Part shown: positions 26,593-38,616 of the stretch, one piece after another
How the letters are laid out: each line of letters opens with the position of its first letter
Numbering within the stretch: the stretch's first letter is position 1
NCBI GenBank assembly: GCA_965153285.1
Contig: OZ229110.1
Direction: 5' to 3' (one strand)
Length of the DNA stretch: 64,000 nucleotides
Source: Podarcis tiliguerta
Taxonomy: Eukaryota
The notes under the pieces: generated by a model
Told to the model about the DNA's origin: nothing
The model's input: only the letters and a program-made list of their open reading frames with translations
Databases searched by the model: none
Made by a program: the position numbers and the translations under genes

Positions 26593-26708
26593 TCAAACGG
26601 AGACAATGACGTCGAGATAAAGTCTATCGTAGGATTCCCTGAAGCACAGGATGAGCAGAAGACTTAGCAGACAGGAGCCTGGGAGGCACCAGTTAAACCA
26701 AGAGAACT
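26593..26708 (-). CDS. SLC49A4: SLC49A4/DIRC2 last coding exon 9 (116 nt to stop)
   Basis: C-rich pyrimidine tract, cccAG|AG. Encodes (E)[37 protein letters not shown]; the TGA at 26595-26593 is followed by TAG. Confidence 0.97.
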
Positions 26709-29425
26709 CTGGGTGGGTGGGGGGAAAAGAAGAAAGATTAGTCTTGAATATGCATGTCCTACTTCATCATAAAAAACGGCCAGTTCTTTAAAAGCATCAT
26801 AATTTAGGTTAAGGCAAACATTTCGTAGAAAGTGCAAGCTTTGTCAGAAAGAAGTTGTCCTCATTGAAAATAGGGGTACTGTAAGAAATCGAGCTGGGGT
26901 GCTCAAATAGGCCAGCACCCCTGCTTAACCTCTTCCAGCTGAACTGGGGCACACAGGAAGAGCCTTGCCTATTCTGTGTCTTTAGTTGTTATGCTAACTA
27001 ACAGAAACAAAACTATTTACACATAAATGAGAAGCATTATAAAGCACCAAAGATTTTGATTTAAGAAGATGCAGTGAAAATAAACACATTGAGACAAAAT
27101 TTATGATTTGATTATAACCCTTGTCGTGGAACATTTTAAAAACAAAATTAATTAAATTTTAGCCATCTTAATTTGCTTGGTAAGTAAGTCACAATGATGG
27201 GATGAGGTCTTCACAACTCCTTTGCTGTGCAGACATTGTGGTGGAGAAAGATTAAGAGCATCTCTGCATCCTACCACAATTCCAAATGCTCACAAGAAAA
27301 TTAGGCTTATACAGCTATGTGTCAGGAAAGTTGAGCACAGTGAGACCTTATTTATAAATTGGATTTCAAATCCAGAGTCTGTAAATCATTCCAGAATGAG
27401 CTGTGAGTGCTTTTTAAAGATCTACAGGGTGTGTTCATTTAGTCAATTCTTTTGACTCTCATCAGCTATTCTTTTGCCTTCCTAGTCTTGTATTGATAAA
27501 ATATCATTTTATTCAACAACAGCAGTCTGATTTGGCTTGTCCCTATCAATATTATGTGTATTTCTGAAGAAATGCCTACTTTGTTCACTGTTTTTACAGA
27601 ACTCTAAATGTACCCTCAGGTCTAAAACCACCTAACAACACTGGTCTGGTTTAATCCCAGTAACTCACAGGGCTAAAGGTACAAAACTCTCAATATTATA
27701 GACAGCACTGCTTCTTTAGAAATATCTCTTTATGTTCTATTAGGCATAACCCACTACTAATATTTTTGCTATCAATTCCATCAAAAGCTTTACCTTTTAC
27801 CACATTGAATAGAATGTACACCAACTAAGTAAAATCACTAAAGTTTCCAGTATCCTCACATTCCCTTATGCTCCTCTCCCTCAAACTGCCAAATTAATAC
27901 ATGGAAACCATCCAACCGTAAGTGGTCTATATATTTGTTTAAAAGACGGCAACCGTCTTTATGGGGCTTTCAAATGTCAAAGCTATTTTTTCTGGCCAAA
28001 ATGATGTCAACTAACAAGAATGCGCTTAAAAAATAATAATTCAAAGCAAGAAACTAAACTTATGGCACCAGTAGCTGTCATCATGTGAGTTGTAAGTCAG
28101 CTCTGCTGGCATATCCAGTAGAAGTGTATACTGGGAGGCACTAACAGCAAAATCTATGTGTATTCTATTCTCCCTCCAAGGAATCATGGCATCGTAGGTG
28201 AGGATGATTCTATGGCAGTTCTTGTGAACGAACAGCAAGAGCTGAAGAAAAATCAAATATGGAAAGGACTGATATATGTGAGGTTGCAGCAATATTCATC
28301 CTTTCAACCAATAGCTAAGGCCCATTGCATTCCTGGCTCATTATTTACATGTGAACACAGGGCATTTTACATGAACATGTAAACAACAGCATGTAGTGCA
28401 TGCATACAACAAACAGATCTGCAAACACATACACTCTAAGCATGGGAGATGTACAAGAAGATGTACGTTAGGCTAAAGACCTTTTCTCTGTTGTATGAGA
28501 GGGTACGTTTCAGAAGGGGGGTGGGGAGAAGAAACCCTGTCTCCATTCTTCAGATGGTTCCACACCCTTTGTGCTCTACAGGAGCATAGCTCAGAGGCTT
28601 CAGGTTGAGCCAACCCTTTATCTCTATAGCATTGCACTGGGAAGGTATCCGTCAGGCCATTTTGAACAAACCAGGCCCACGTGACCATCAACTGTTTTTA
28701 GTGTTGCGGGACTAGATTGTGCTTGCCGCTGGCTTGAAACCAGAATTATGGTGTATGATGCCTGGTGATCAAAATGTGGGTGGCCCTGTCCAACTGTCAA
28801 AAATGGAGGAACCTTGAACTCAAGAAGTTTCCCCTCACCTGCACTATAGCAACACATAACCCACAACTCTCCCCTCCTCAGTTTACAATCTTCCAAAACT
28901 TGTCTGAAAACAGGACAGTGGGGAGATACCCCCCCTTTTGCCAATCTGTAAATTGTGAGTGTGGTCAAAAGACCAGGTCTGGAAGACAAAAAAGAAACCA
29001 CATGCTTCTTCTTACCCCCTGAAACAACCAGATAAGACCCTGAAGCATGAGATTGGATTAGTTTTATCGCTGTTTTAGCTTGCCTAGCTACGTATGTTAT
29101 TAATGGTCATAACATTACGTGGTTCTTTGTCGTCCTTTTTTTTTTTTAAGCCACCACAGTATTTATCTCAAAGGCATCCCACTGCCCTGCCTTCAAAGGA
29201 ACAATTCTATGTGAAGATTTCAATCTTTGACTGGCAGACTTATAAAGACGAACACATAGGGAGGCCTATTCTTCTACAAATGCTAAGGGATTTATACACA
29301 TCATTAGTGTTAACAGAAGAATCTCCATGAAGCTCCTCTTCCTGGTGAAGCCAAAAATAAAACTCCCAGCTGAAATACGTTGTGCTAACAAATTGATACT
29401 CCACAAGCATCTAAATACTCCTTAC

Positions 29426-29608
29426 CTTTATTGTAGAAAGTAAGAAAAAATAAAAGAACTCCCATGAACATGTTGCTTAGGAAAGTGGTCACGCCGCAAG
29501 TAATCCCTTCTGGAACAGGGTAGACAGTTTCCACAAAAAGTTCAAAGAAAATAGGTACGCTGCTGTTCAAGAAGACGCCAAATAAGATTCCAGAAGTATA
29601 CAAGGTGG
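29426..29608 (-). CDS. SLC49A4: SLC49A4/DIRC2 exon 8 (183 nt)
   Basis: ttgcAG|CC ... G|gtaagg. Encodes (A)[60 protein letters not shown], containing the SLC49/FLVCR-family E-x-x-YP-x-P-E motif. Confidence 0.97.
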
Positions 29609-30363
29609 CTGCAAGAGATTTTTAAAAGCACATTTGATTATTTACCTATTTTATTTATGCACTTATTTATACAAAAAGTTCTCTCAGGTGCTTCCCATAA
29701 AAATTAACACCATAATATATACAAAACAACAACAGCAACCCAACATGGCATTTAAAACAGTATAAAAACGGCATTAATAAGAGGAAACCCAGTGGCAGAA
29801 AATAACAATAGTGCAATTTTTTAAAAAAGTACAAACTATTTTGAAGACATTTTATACTACAACACTATTAGTGCACTTAAATACTAGAACTATGAGTGCA
29901 TTTCCACCAGTTCAGCACCTTAATTATGCAATGTATCCAGTCTGTTTCTAGGGATGTGTTAATGAGAATTCTTATTTAGGTCATCTCAATATTAAATTAT
30001 TTTAAAATGTATTATGCCACCAGAGGTCCACTTTGTGATCTCAAGCCCAGCTACCAAAGGCAATTCTTGTGACTATGGCAGCCAAAAGAAATGTGTCGCT
30101 ACTGGCAATCTCCATCAGGAGATTACAGGTGTATCTGATAACGGCCCAGGTCACATATTACATTGTTCACAGGAACGTGTCCACAGTGGCGGCTTCAATT
30201 GCATGCAGGCTGAGAATGTCTGAACTGGACTTTAGTACCTGATCAAAAGCTTGCTTTAATTTCCCCCCTCTTTTTATCATAAATTGTGTGCCATCATATG
30301 CTTACTTGCAAGAGTGAAGTACTCATAATTTTAACTGAGAAAGTGCATCATATTGGTGAAGAT

Positions 30364-30563
30364 ATATTATTATTATTATTATTATTATATTATTTGTATA
30401 CTGCCCTATACCCATAGGTCTCAGGGCGGTTCACAAGATAAAATCACAACATAAAATCACATACATAATAAAAACAAAAACTAGAACAACCCAATAACAC
30501 CCCATCATATTTTAAAAGGGCACTGGATGTCAATCAGCCAAAGCCCTGGTTAAAGAAGAACAT
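30364..30563 (-). mobile_element. L2-type LINE 3' end with (TAA)n tail
   Basis: (ATT)n, then TTTGTATACTGCCC...CTCAGGGCGGTTCACA...AATCAGCCAAAGCCCTGG; reverse-complement similar to 49345-49524. Confidence 0.7.
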
Positions 30564-32284
30564 TAAAGAGGGTTAAATGAGGGTTAACATTTAACAAAAA
30601 GCTAGTATCCATTCAAAGCGCTTGGTTGCAGATGGGGCTGTGATTAAATGCCCCACTGGATCCTGGACCAATTTTTTCAGCTACAGCTCTGGGCTTTATA
30701 TAATGTTAGAAACAATGCCTATATCTCTTCTTCCCACCTACAGAAATTGATTCTTAACTGACACTTAATTGGAAAACAAATAATAAGCAGTAGATTTTGT
30801 TAAATGAATATAATTTCATTACATCGTTCCTTTCGAAGCATCTGTCTGCTTTAAAATTGACCAATTAAAAAACAAATGTTTGCATTATGTTTTAGTGAAT
30901 TAAGTCAGGAAGTTTAAATTTCACTCTATAAAGGTGCAGCAGATTTTTAAAAGTGTGGCTTACATCTATGTGTATTTAACTCCAAAACAAACACAAATAG
31001 TGTTCTACAAACAGCTAATTACTGTGCTAAATTGGGAATGAACTGTGAATTAACCTCTCTTGCTGTTAACTATGAAGGCCAGAATTAATTCAGGCTTCCA
31101 CATTACAGGAAAACCAAATTCTAAGGATTTACCACGTTCACAGGTCTTTGTATCCAGTACAGCCAATGCTATAGAATGCTACATTTCCTCTGGCTTGACT
31201 TAAATAGAAGAGCAGTCCAGATCTTTTAAAGCACAATCCCAAATGAACCAAAAGGGGAATTTGTGGCTGCAGATAATACTATTTAGGAAGCTAACTTTTC
31301 GCAATTGCTTGCATCTGGAAAGTGACTGCTGGTCTAGCATGGAGTTCAGTGGAAGAGGACTCAGAAGAGGCACAATCCAGGACAGAACTGAACACCCTCA
31401 TGGATCAAAGGAATTAAGCAAGCTTCACTATGTAGTGGGTTGTGGTATTAAGTAGAGAAGAGCATCTAGCTTATGAGGTAAGCAGGTAAATGCACTGTGC
31501 TGAAGATCACCTCAACTCACGGCACTTGGAAGCTAGAAAGAATCCCCAGCCACTTTCTTCATGGTGCAAGTTCACACTCTGGGTTAGAACAAAACCTTCT
31601 TGTGTCCCTGGCATTTGGATGTCTGTTGCAGTGAGAGAGGGGAATGGGAAGCAAGCTCCTCCGGCTTCTAATGAATGTTCTGCTCTCAGAAACAAACAAA
31701 TATTGTACGCCTATCTCAATGTGCTCTCAAGGGCACCGGAGGATGAGGAAGTTCTTTCAGCTAAAATAAAACCAAAAATGGGTTTTGCGGAGTGGGGGGG
31801 ACTTGAGTGCGAGTTCATAAATATATTTCTAGGGCAGAGGAAAACAGGCTGTCACACACTTGACCTCCTTGTTCTAAAACCTTTTATCTGAAACTGCTCT
31901 CAAGTGACAGGAAAAAACAACAACACTTCAGAAATAATTTCTCTCTGATATGGCAACTTTGCAGATTTTCACACTATGGCAAATTCAGACAAAGTCCCTT
32001 AACATAAAGAAATGAAGCAGCCAAGGCACCACTGGGCAGTTCAAATGTAATAGTTATACTCCTCTCATGGTGAAGGCAGAGGGCCACCTGACTTCCTAAG
32101 GGAGACGAGCACAACACTGCAGCCCAGTTCAATTCCTTTAACCACATTTCAGGGAGAAATGCTACAGCTGCACATGCTGACTTTACTATCTTGGGAATAG
32201 ACATATGACCTTGTACTGAGATTAATCCCATATTCACCACCTTTGATGTCTCTATTGGCTTCCTCTCAAATATAAGCATGTTAG

Positions 32285-32643
32285 TAAAGGTAAAGGTACC
32301 CCTGCCCGTACGGGCCAGTCTTGACAGACTCTAGGGTTGTGCGCCCATCTCACTCAAGAGGCCGGGGGCCAGCGCTGTCCGGAGACACTTCCGGGTCACG
32401 TGGCCAGCGTGACAAGCTGCATCTGGCGAGCCAGAGCCGCACACGGAAACGCCGTTTACCTTCCCGCTAGTAAGCGGTCCCTATTTATCTACTTGCAGCC
32501 AGGGGTGCTTTCGAACTGCTAGGTTGGCAGGCGCTGGGACCGAACAGCAGGAGCGCACCCCGCCGCGGGGATTTGAACCGCCGACCTTTCGATCGGCAAG
32601 CTCTAGGCACTGAGGCTTTAACCCACAGCGCCACCCGCGTCCC
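32285..32643 (-). mobile_element. Full-length Sauria SINE (Squam1), young
   Basis: Minus-strand head GGGACGCGGGTGGCGCTGTGGGTTAAA (A box) ... GGTTCAAATCC (B box); 3' (ACCTTT)n tail; perfect 13-bp TSD ATAAGCATGTTAG at 32272-32284 and 32644-32656; CpGs retained. Confidence 0.95.
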
Positions 32644-32744
32644 ATAAGCATGTTAGGTGGACTAAAAATCTGATTTAAGATTTTTAAAAGAAAATTAATT
32701 GGATTTTGATGTTTTTAAGAATTGTAAATACTGAGGGTGGAATT

Positions 32745-32784
32745 CAATTTTGCGCTATGATGCACAATTTTGCGCTATGATGCA
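32745..32784. repeat. Perfect 20-bp tandem duplication CAATTTTGCGCTATGATGCA x2
   Basis: Read directly. Confidence 0.95.
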
Positions 32785-35199
32785 CATTCTCTCTGTGCAA
32801 GCAGAAGAAACCACACCCACCCACCCACCCACCCTATTCTGGGGATCCTCCCAACTCCCCGCCACCAGCTAATTTCAGGGGCACTGTGGGAGGGGGGGGG
32901 AAGCCCCACTGCACAAGTGGAAACTCTTACACAGGGATTCTTCTGACAAGGTTTACTAATTTTCTCTTATATAATAAAGAGATCAAATGTAAATTAATTG
33001 GAACAGAAGCACATTAGCCAACCTTGGTAGTAGCTTTGTAGTCGCTGACAACCAGGACTCCATGCACAGAAAGGAGTGGGCTGTTGGAGGAAGGATGGAA
33101 CACCTTGCCTCTCCTCTGCACCCAGCGCAGAAAGGCCACTCTCCATCCCTCTTTGGTCAGCACCTAGCAGGTTAGTGCTTTTTCTTTTAACAGGCTAGTA
33201 GTAACTTGGGGGTGGGGTATAGTCACAAGGCTGTGTTAGACCTACAGTTCATTTATATGCACTGAATCAACCCCTGCCATCAGATATATCCAGATAGATT
33301 TTTCTGTTTCAATGAAGAACCTATCTTATCATTATTCAGATATAGGCATTTCATCTTAATCTGATGAAAATCAACAGCTCTAGTCTGCCTAGTAATAATC
33401 ACCCCTGCTTTGACTGGATACCTCATTTTTGTTAAATGTGGACCAAGAGATGCAGAAAGGAGCAACCGGAAAGAAGACTGGAAGACAAACTTATGCAGTG
33501 CTCAGGTCTCTATTATTCTCCATACTTGTGCTGCAGTCCTATATTCACTTATAGTTAAAGCCCTACTGAACTCAAGAGGATTTACTCCTGGGCAAATAGG
33601 ATTCTGCTGCTAACTTTGCAAATTGTCATGGGTGTTTGTCATAAGAAAGATCCTATATGAGAACATTTTAGAGACATTCCCTCTACAGGGAAAAAGAAGG
33701 AAGTATGTAAAATGTATACTGAGACTAAGAGATGCAAGGCTTGGTTGTACATATGGAACAGGGTAAGCAATATTCTGTAAATTAACAGAGTTTAGTAGTT
33801 TGCACCATCTTTTTGAAAATACGTGAAGTAGTATCAAAAGAAAACTTGACTTAAATCAACCTCCTTTTTCTTGCTCATTCAAATCATTGATTTTAAACCA
33901 TCTTGATTTAAATCATTCCCTCTTGCTAGAAAATATTATCTTCTGTATCTCTTTTCTGGAAGTGCTGAAAAAGATGCCCACTTGTTAATATATGAAGAGT
34001 CATGAAGAAAGGATAGCAAGGGCTTAAATATAAGGCACAAATAGCTATTCATCAGATCATCTGTGTGATACGATTCTTTCCCAGGGCAGAGGTGCATATT
34101 TCATCATAGAAGAGGGTATGCCTAGAGACAAACCCGGGGGGGGGGGGGGCTGCTAGAGATAAATGGCATACATTTGGAATAGGACTGATTAGGTTAGCCT
34201 TTACAGAGGATTGTGGCTTTGTGGGTTGTTTCTTTTTGTAACATGCCTAGGTTGTTGAATTGAGGCATTTGTAAGCTTTTTTCATTCCTTGTATGTTCTT
34301 TGATTACAGATTCAGGATAAAAAAAAAGCAGAGGAACGTTCCAAGTGAAGTTCAACACGGTTCAGGGAGAGTTGAAACGAAATGTAATGTCATGAAGCCA
34401 ATGAGCTCTTCTTGCTGAAGCAGAATGAGCCAATCCCTTGCCACAACTCCCAAAGATTTAACAAAAAGTCTTCACTGAGACTCGTAACTTAGTAAATCTG
34501 TTGCACAAGCTAGGTTGTTGTGTTTTGTTTCGTATTGGTGCCAGCAACACAGTTTTGCAATGCAAGTGTCCTCTAATCCCTCTTAAATAAAAAGTAATCA
34601 TGGTTTAGATTTTTTATTTTGTAGTCTGGCATCTGATAGGATTTCAGAGCCAGAAGCAAAGGGAAAGTGTGTGGATGGGTGGAGGGACACCTTTATTTGC
34701 GTCAGAATATGTAGAATTACATTTAAAAACACAAATGGGAAGGGAGGGAGGGTTTTCTAAGAAAACAATTTAGGCAGTGCTTTTTCTGGGGGTATGCAGG
34801 GGTACACATACCCCATAACATTTTGTGAATCTAAGTTTGGCCTCATTGAGGAGCAGTATTTTAATATGAGTAGGAAAATGAGAGTTTCAATATGGGAGTT
34901 TTCCCTTAAAAATTTTTTAGGAAAAAAAAGCACTGCATTTAGGTATTCCATCCATTCTTTGGTTTGCCTTACGTACAGAATAGCATCACATGTGAACCCT
35001 GGTTAGCACTAGTGCAGAAGTAATGGTCAACCAAGGTTAAGGAAACCAAGGGGAAACCCAAGGCTGGCTCCCAATATGCAAAGCATGGTTTGGTAATAGC
35101 CAGTGTTACATCTGCACCAGAGTACAGAGTCCTGCTGTTTACAAAACCAAGTTATTTTCACTTGTAAACTTTTGATTCACCTTGCCTTTTAGTCCAAAC

Positions 35200-35389
35200 G
35201 CAATAAACCAAGGTTAACTATGGTTTGTATGAAACAAGCTAACTTGAAATAATTAGTTTAAAGCTGGCTTACTTCAACAAACCATAGTAAAGATTAACAG
35301 CAGTTTAGGGCTTGGTAGGCCACAGAACCAAAGCCTAAGGCTTGTTCCGATCCCAGTAAACAAGTTAACTGTGTCATCTGAACATAGCC
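35200..35389. mobile_element. Degraded palindromic MITE (Harbinger-like)
   Basis: Imperfect inverted arms AACTATGGTTTG..GAAACAAGCTAACTTGAAA / TTTAAAGCTGGCTTACTTCAACAAACCATAGT; end TGTCATCTGAACATAGCC. Confidence 0.45.
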
Positions 35390-36673
35390 AACAGACGCAG
35401 CAGATTGAAGAAGACTCAGCAGTTCAACAGAACAATACTGCCCATCAAATAATTAAAAATCTCACTCTCTGACAAAGATTTCACCCAAATGTCCATGCCA
35501 GTTTGCCTCATTCATCTCAATTTAGTATGCACCCCATCCCATTAGATGTATTTTCACAAGGCAAACTTGGGAACAGGGTGGCTCCTGAGTAATGGTATTT
35601 AAAACCATACTGAACTGAAGACAAGACAAATCACATTGCTTCGGTTTGCTGCACAACAGTGGATGTAGGATGGTCAATTATTACTGGGAAGTCGAGCACA
35701 GTGCAAAGAATAAGAGTATTTTTTGTGCACTCATCATGGTGATTTCTAACAGACAGAACTAGCAATCTGTTTTCCTCTAACTGACCCTATAAAATGTGAT
35801 ATCAGATCCTGCTCGTGCCCAGCAATATTTACTTCATTTGAAGCCCCACTATTTTACTCTGCGTGAAGCTAATTATTATGCAAGCTGGCAGGGAAGTAGC
35901 CAAGTGTTAACAGTCTCTCATGAAACCTGAGCGGTGTAATTTTAACATAGCAGGCTTTCCCATAATTAAGTAATGGAATTACACAAAAACAAAAAAGCAT
36001 TTCCCTATAGGGTATGTTCATCAATTTAATGCAGTTCACTAGAAATATTCTTATTCCAGTGCATATCGATCAAGTTCTTATTCACACGAGAAAGTCATGG
36101 TTGTGGCTTGCAGTTAAAGAATAAATATGGTTTACTTCCTATTCTGCACAAAAATCATAGTGAAATTATACTTCAAACAAAACACTCTTTGGAACTCTGC
36201 CTCAAAGCAAAACAAAACACAGCAAATGACCAAAAGTCATTAACAGCAGCATGAGAGGTCCCATCTCCTTCAGGTGAACTGGTTTCCTAAGTAACCTAAT
36301 CAAAGAGATATCACACTTACTAAAAAAGGAATGTACATTTTTTAAGGAAGTGCAGAGAGACATACATGCTACTTTGGGTTATATTTTTAAACTAACTTCA
36401 TAAGGTTGGAGTGGAATTCCACTTGGGGAAAGGGTCTCCTGGCACCCACAAATGGTAGTGTAGGGGGCACAATGTTCACAAATTCCACTTTCAACCTAGT
36501 GCACCCCTGAAAATGTATTTGAGGGACCCTCCAGAACAGCACAGAATGTGACGTTACTGACACTCCCTCCTTGATTCCATGAATAAAAGGGTACGCTTGG
36601 ATCAAACCCCATGTCTTTAAAGTGCTCTTTTATTATTGTCACTGTGCTGTTTTAATGGGCATGTCTTCTTATA

Positions 36674-36899
36674 CAGTGGTACCTCAGGTTAAGTACTTAA
36701 TTCGTTCTGGAGGTCCATTCTTAACCTGAAACTGTTCTTAACCTGAAGCACCACTTTAGCTAATGAGGCCTCCTGCTGCTGCCGCGCTGCCGGAGCACGA
36801 TTTCTGTTCTCATCCTGAAGCAAAGTTCTTAACCCGAGGTACTATTTCTGGATTAGCGGAGTCTGTAACCTGAAGCGTATGTAACCCGAGTTACCATTG
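36674..36899 (+). mobile_element. Tigger/pogo-like (Tc1/mariner) MITE, 226 bp
   Basis: TA TSD on both sides; TIR CAGTGGTACCTC ... GAGTTACCATTG; near-identical to 46849-47068 and, inverted, to 53207-53432. Strand is relative orientation only. Confidence 0.93.
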
Positions 36900-37656
36900 T
36901 ACTTGTTTTTATGTTGATAAATTTAATGTCAGTGTAAGCTGCTTTGATTTACTATTATCAATTATTATTAAACAGAAATGTAGAATAGCAATGATAAACT
37001 AGCTTGGTTGTAATAAACTATAACCAAGATACAAACACAAAACTCTCTTGCTCACTTTGGTATAGGCAATAAGGGAAACAAAGCTGGTTTAGACATATAT
37101 TGTGGCATTTTCCTTCCAACTTCCCCAGAAAGAAATACCCAAGACTCTCCAATCTTAAAGTGCCTACAGCAAGAGGGATCAAAGCTTGGGCTACGGTCAT
37201 TCTGGGCTTCAAGCTACATTGACGGCATTGTTAAATAATGCTTTCCCTAAGCAAGAGAAATACCACAATGTGCTACTTCTTCATATAGAAAATAAGCACA
37301 CAAGCTCACATATGGGTTTTTTTCTAGTTACAAGGGCACAGATTGCAGGTGAACATGCAATTGTATAATTTGGGTAGCAAACTTAACAGAAGAATACAGC
37401 TTTTAATGTACGCAGGTGCCTAAGTCTGCATGTTAGAAAATGATTCAACAACCAGGCAAGGCTTTCTCAGAGCTAAAGATAATCTATTGACATGTATGAA
37501 CCTATAGGCAATTTAAGAATGGAACATGTGTTAATATCGCCATAAAGTATTCATATGTTCCCTGAAAAGAAATAAATACACCCACAACATAGTATTTTAT
37601 CGAGTGAGGGCTCTGCTAGTGTGGTCATTTTCTCGTTGTGGGTTTGATGGTATTAA

Positions 37657-38121
37657 CCGTATTTTTCGCCCCATAGGACGCACTGCCGCATAGGACACAC
37701 CTAGATTTTTTTTGGAGGGGGGAATAAAGAAAAAAAAAATATTCCCCCCCCCAGGCCCGAGCTTCCCCCGACTCCAGCCCCCAGAACAGGCTGCTGCCTG
37801 CAAGCCTGGCGGGACCTCCCGCCGGGCACGCGAGGCTTGCAGACATCTGCCTGAAGCACGGGGCGTGCTCCGCAGCACGCCCCCTGCTTTGGGCTGCAGG
37901 CTGCCGCCCGCAAGCCTTGCGCGCCCGGTGGAACCTCCTGCTGGCGCACCAAGCTTGTGGATAGCTTCCTGAAGCCTGGAGAGCGAGAGGGGTCGGTGCG
38001 CACCGATGCCTCTTGCTCTCCAGGCTTCAGCGAAAGCCTGCATTCGCCCAATAAGACGCACACACATTTCCCCTTCATTTTTGGAGGGGGAAAAGTGCAT
38101 CCTATAGGGCGAAAAATACGG
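37657..38121 (+). mobile_element. Tc2-like (TcMar) MITE, GC/CpG-rich
   Basis: TIRs CCGTATTTTTCGCCCCATAGGACGCAC ... GTGCATCCTATAGGGCGAAAAATACGG; TA on the right, left TA altered. CCGTA termini are typical of Tc2-related elements. Confidence 0.9.
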
Positions 38122-38147
38122 TACTTAAGAGGTTCAACTGACTGAGG

Positions 38148-38616
38148 CAGAGGTTTTCAACCTTCTTGAGTCCACGGCTCCCTCAACCAACTACATTCTT
38201 TTTGTGGCACCACTAGGGGGCTCAGGAGCCCAGTTATGTTACCCCTTGCCTGCAGAGCTGGCAGCCTCTCTCACTCTTTTTTGAACACCCACCCTTGTGG
38301 AGTCTTCTCTCAGCCTCCTCTCCTCTTTCCTTGGGAGTCTTCTGGGCAGCTGTTGCTGCTGCCGCTCCAGGTTTCTGAGCTGCCCCCCCCCCCATCCCAA
38401 AGAAAAGTGCCTTCCAGAGGCACCATTTATTTCTGGAGTATATAGCCAGGGCTGCTGCAATAAATAGCTGTGCAAGCCTTTGGGAGGCAGAGACGCAAGA
38501 GGGCATCAGAAGAGGAAGGGAAGGAAAGAGGGACAGAGGCCAGTGTTGCCTGCGACACCCCTGACCATCATTCAAGGTACTCCAGGATGCCAGAGCACAT
38601 TGCTTGAAAACCACTG
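38148..38616. mobile_element. hAT-like non-autonomous element
   Basis: TIRs CAGAGGTTTTCAA ... TTGAAAACCACTG; no intact 8-bp TSD. Confidence 0.7.

Noticed and set aside
37657-38121. CpG island or internal promoter (also 46386-46846 and 32285-32643)
   Set aside because: The CpG-rich segments coincide exactly with TIR- or TSD-bounded young transposons.
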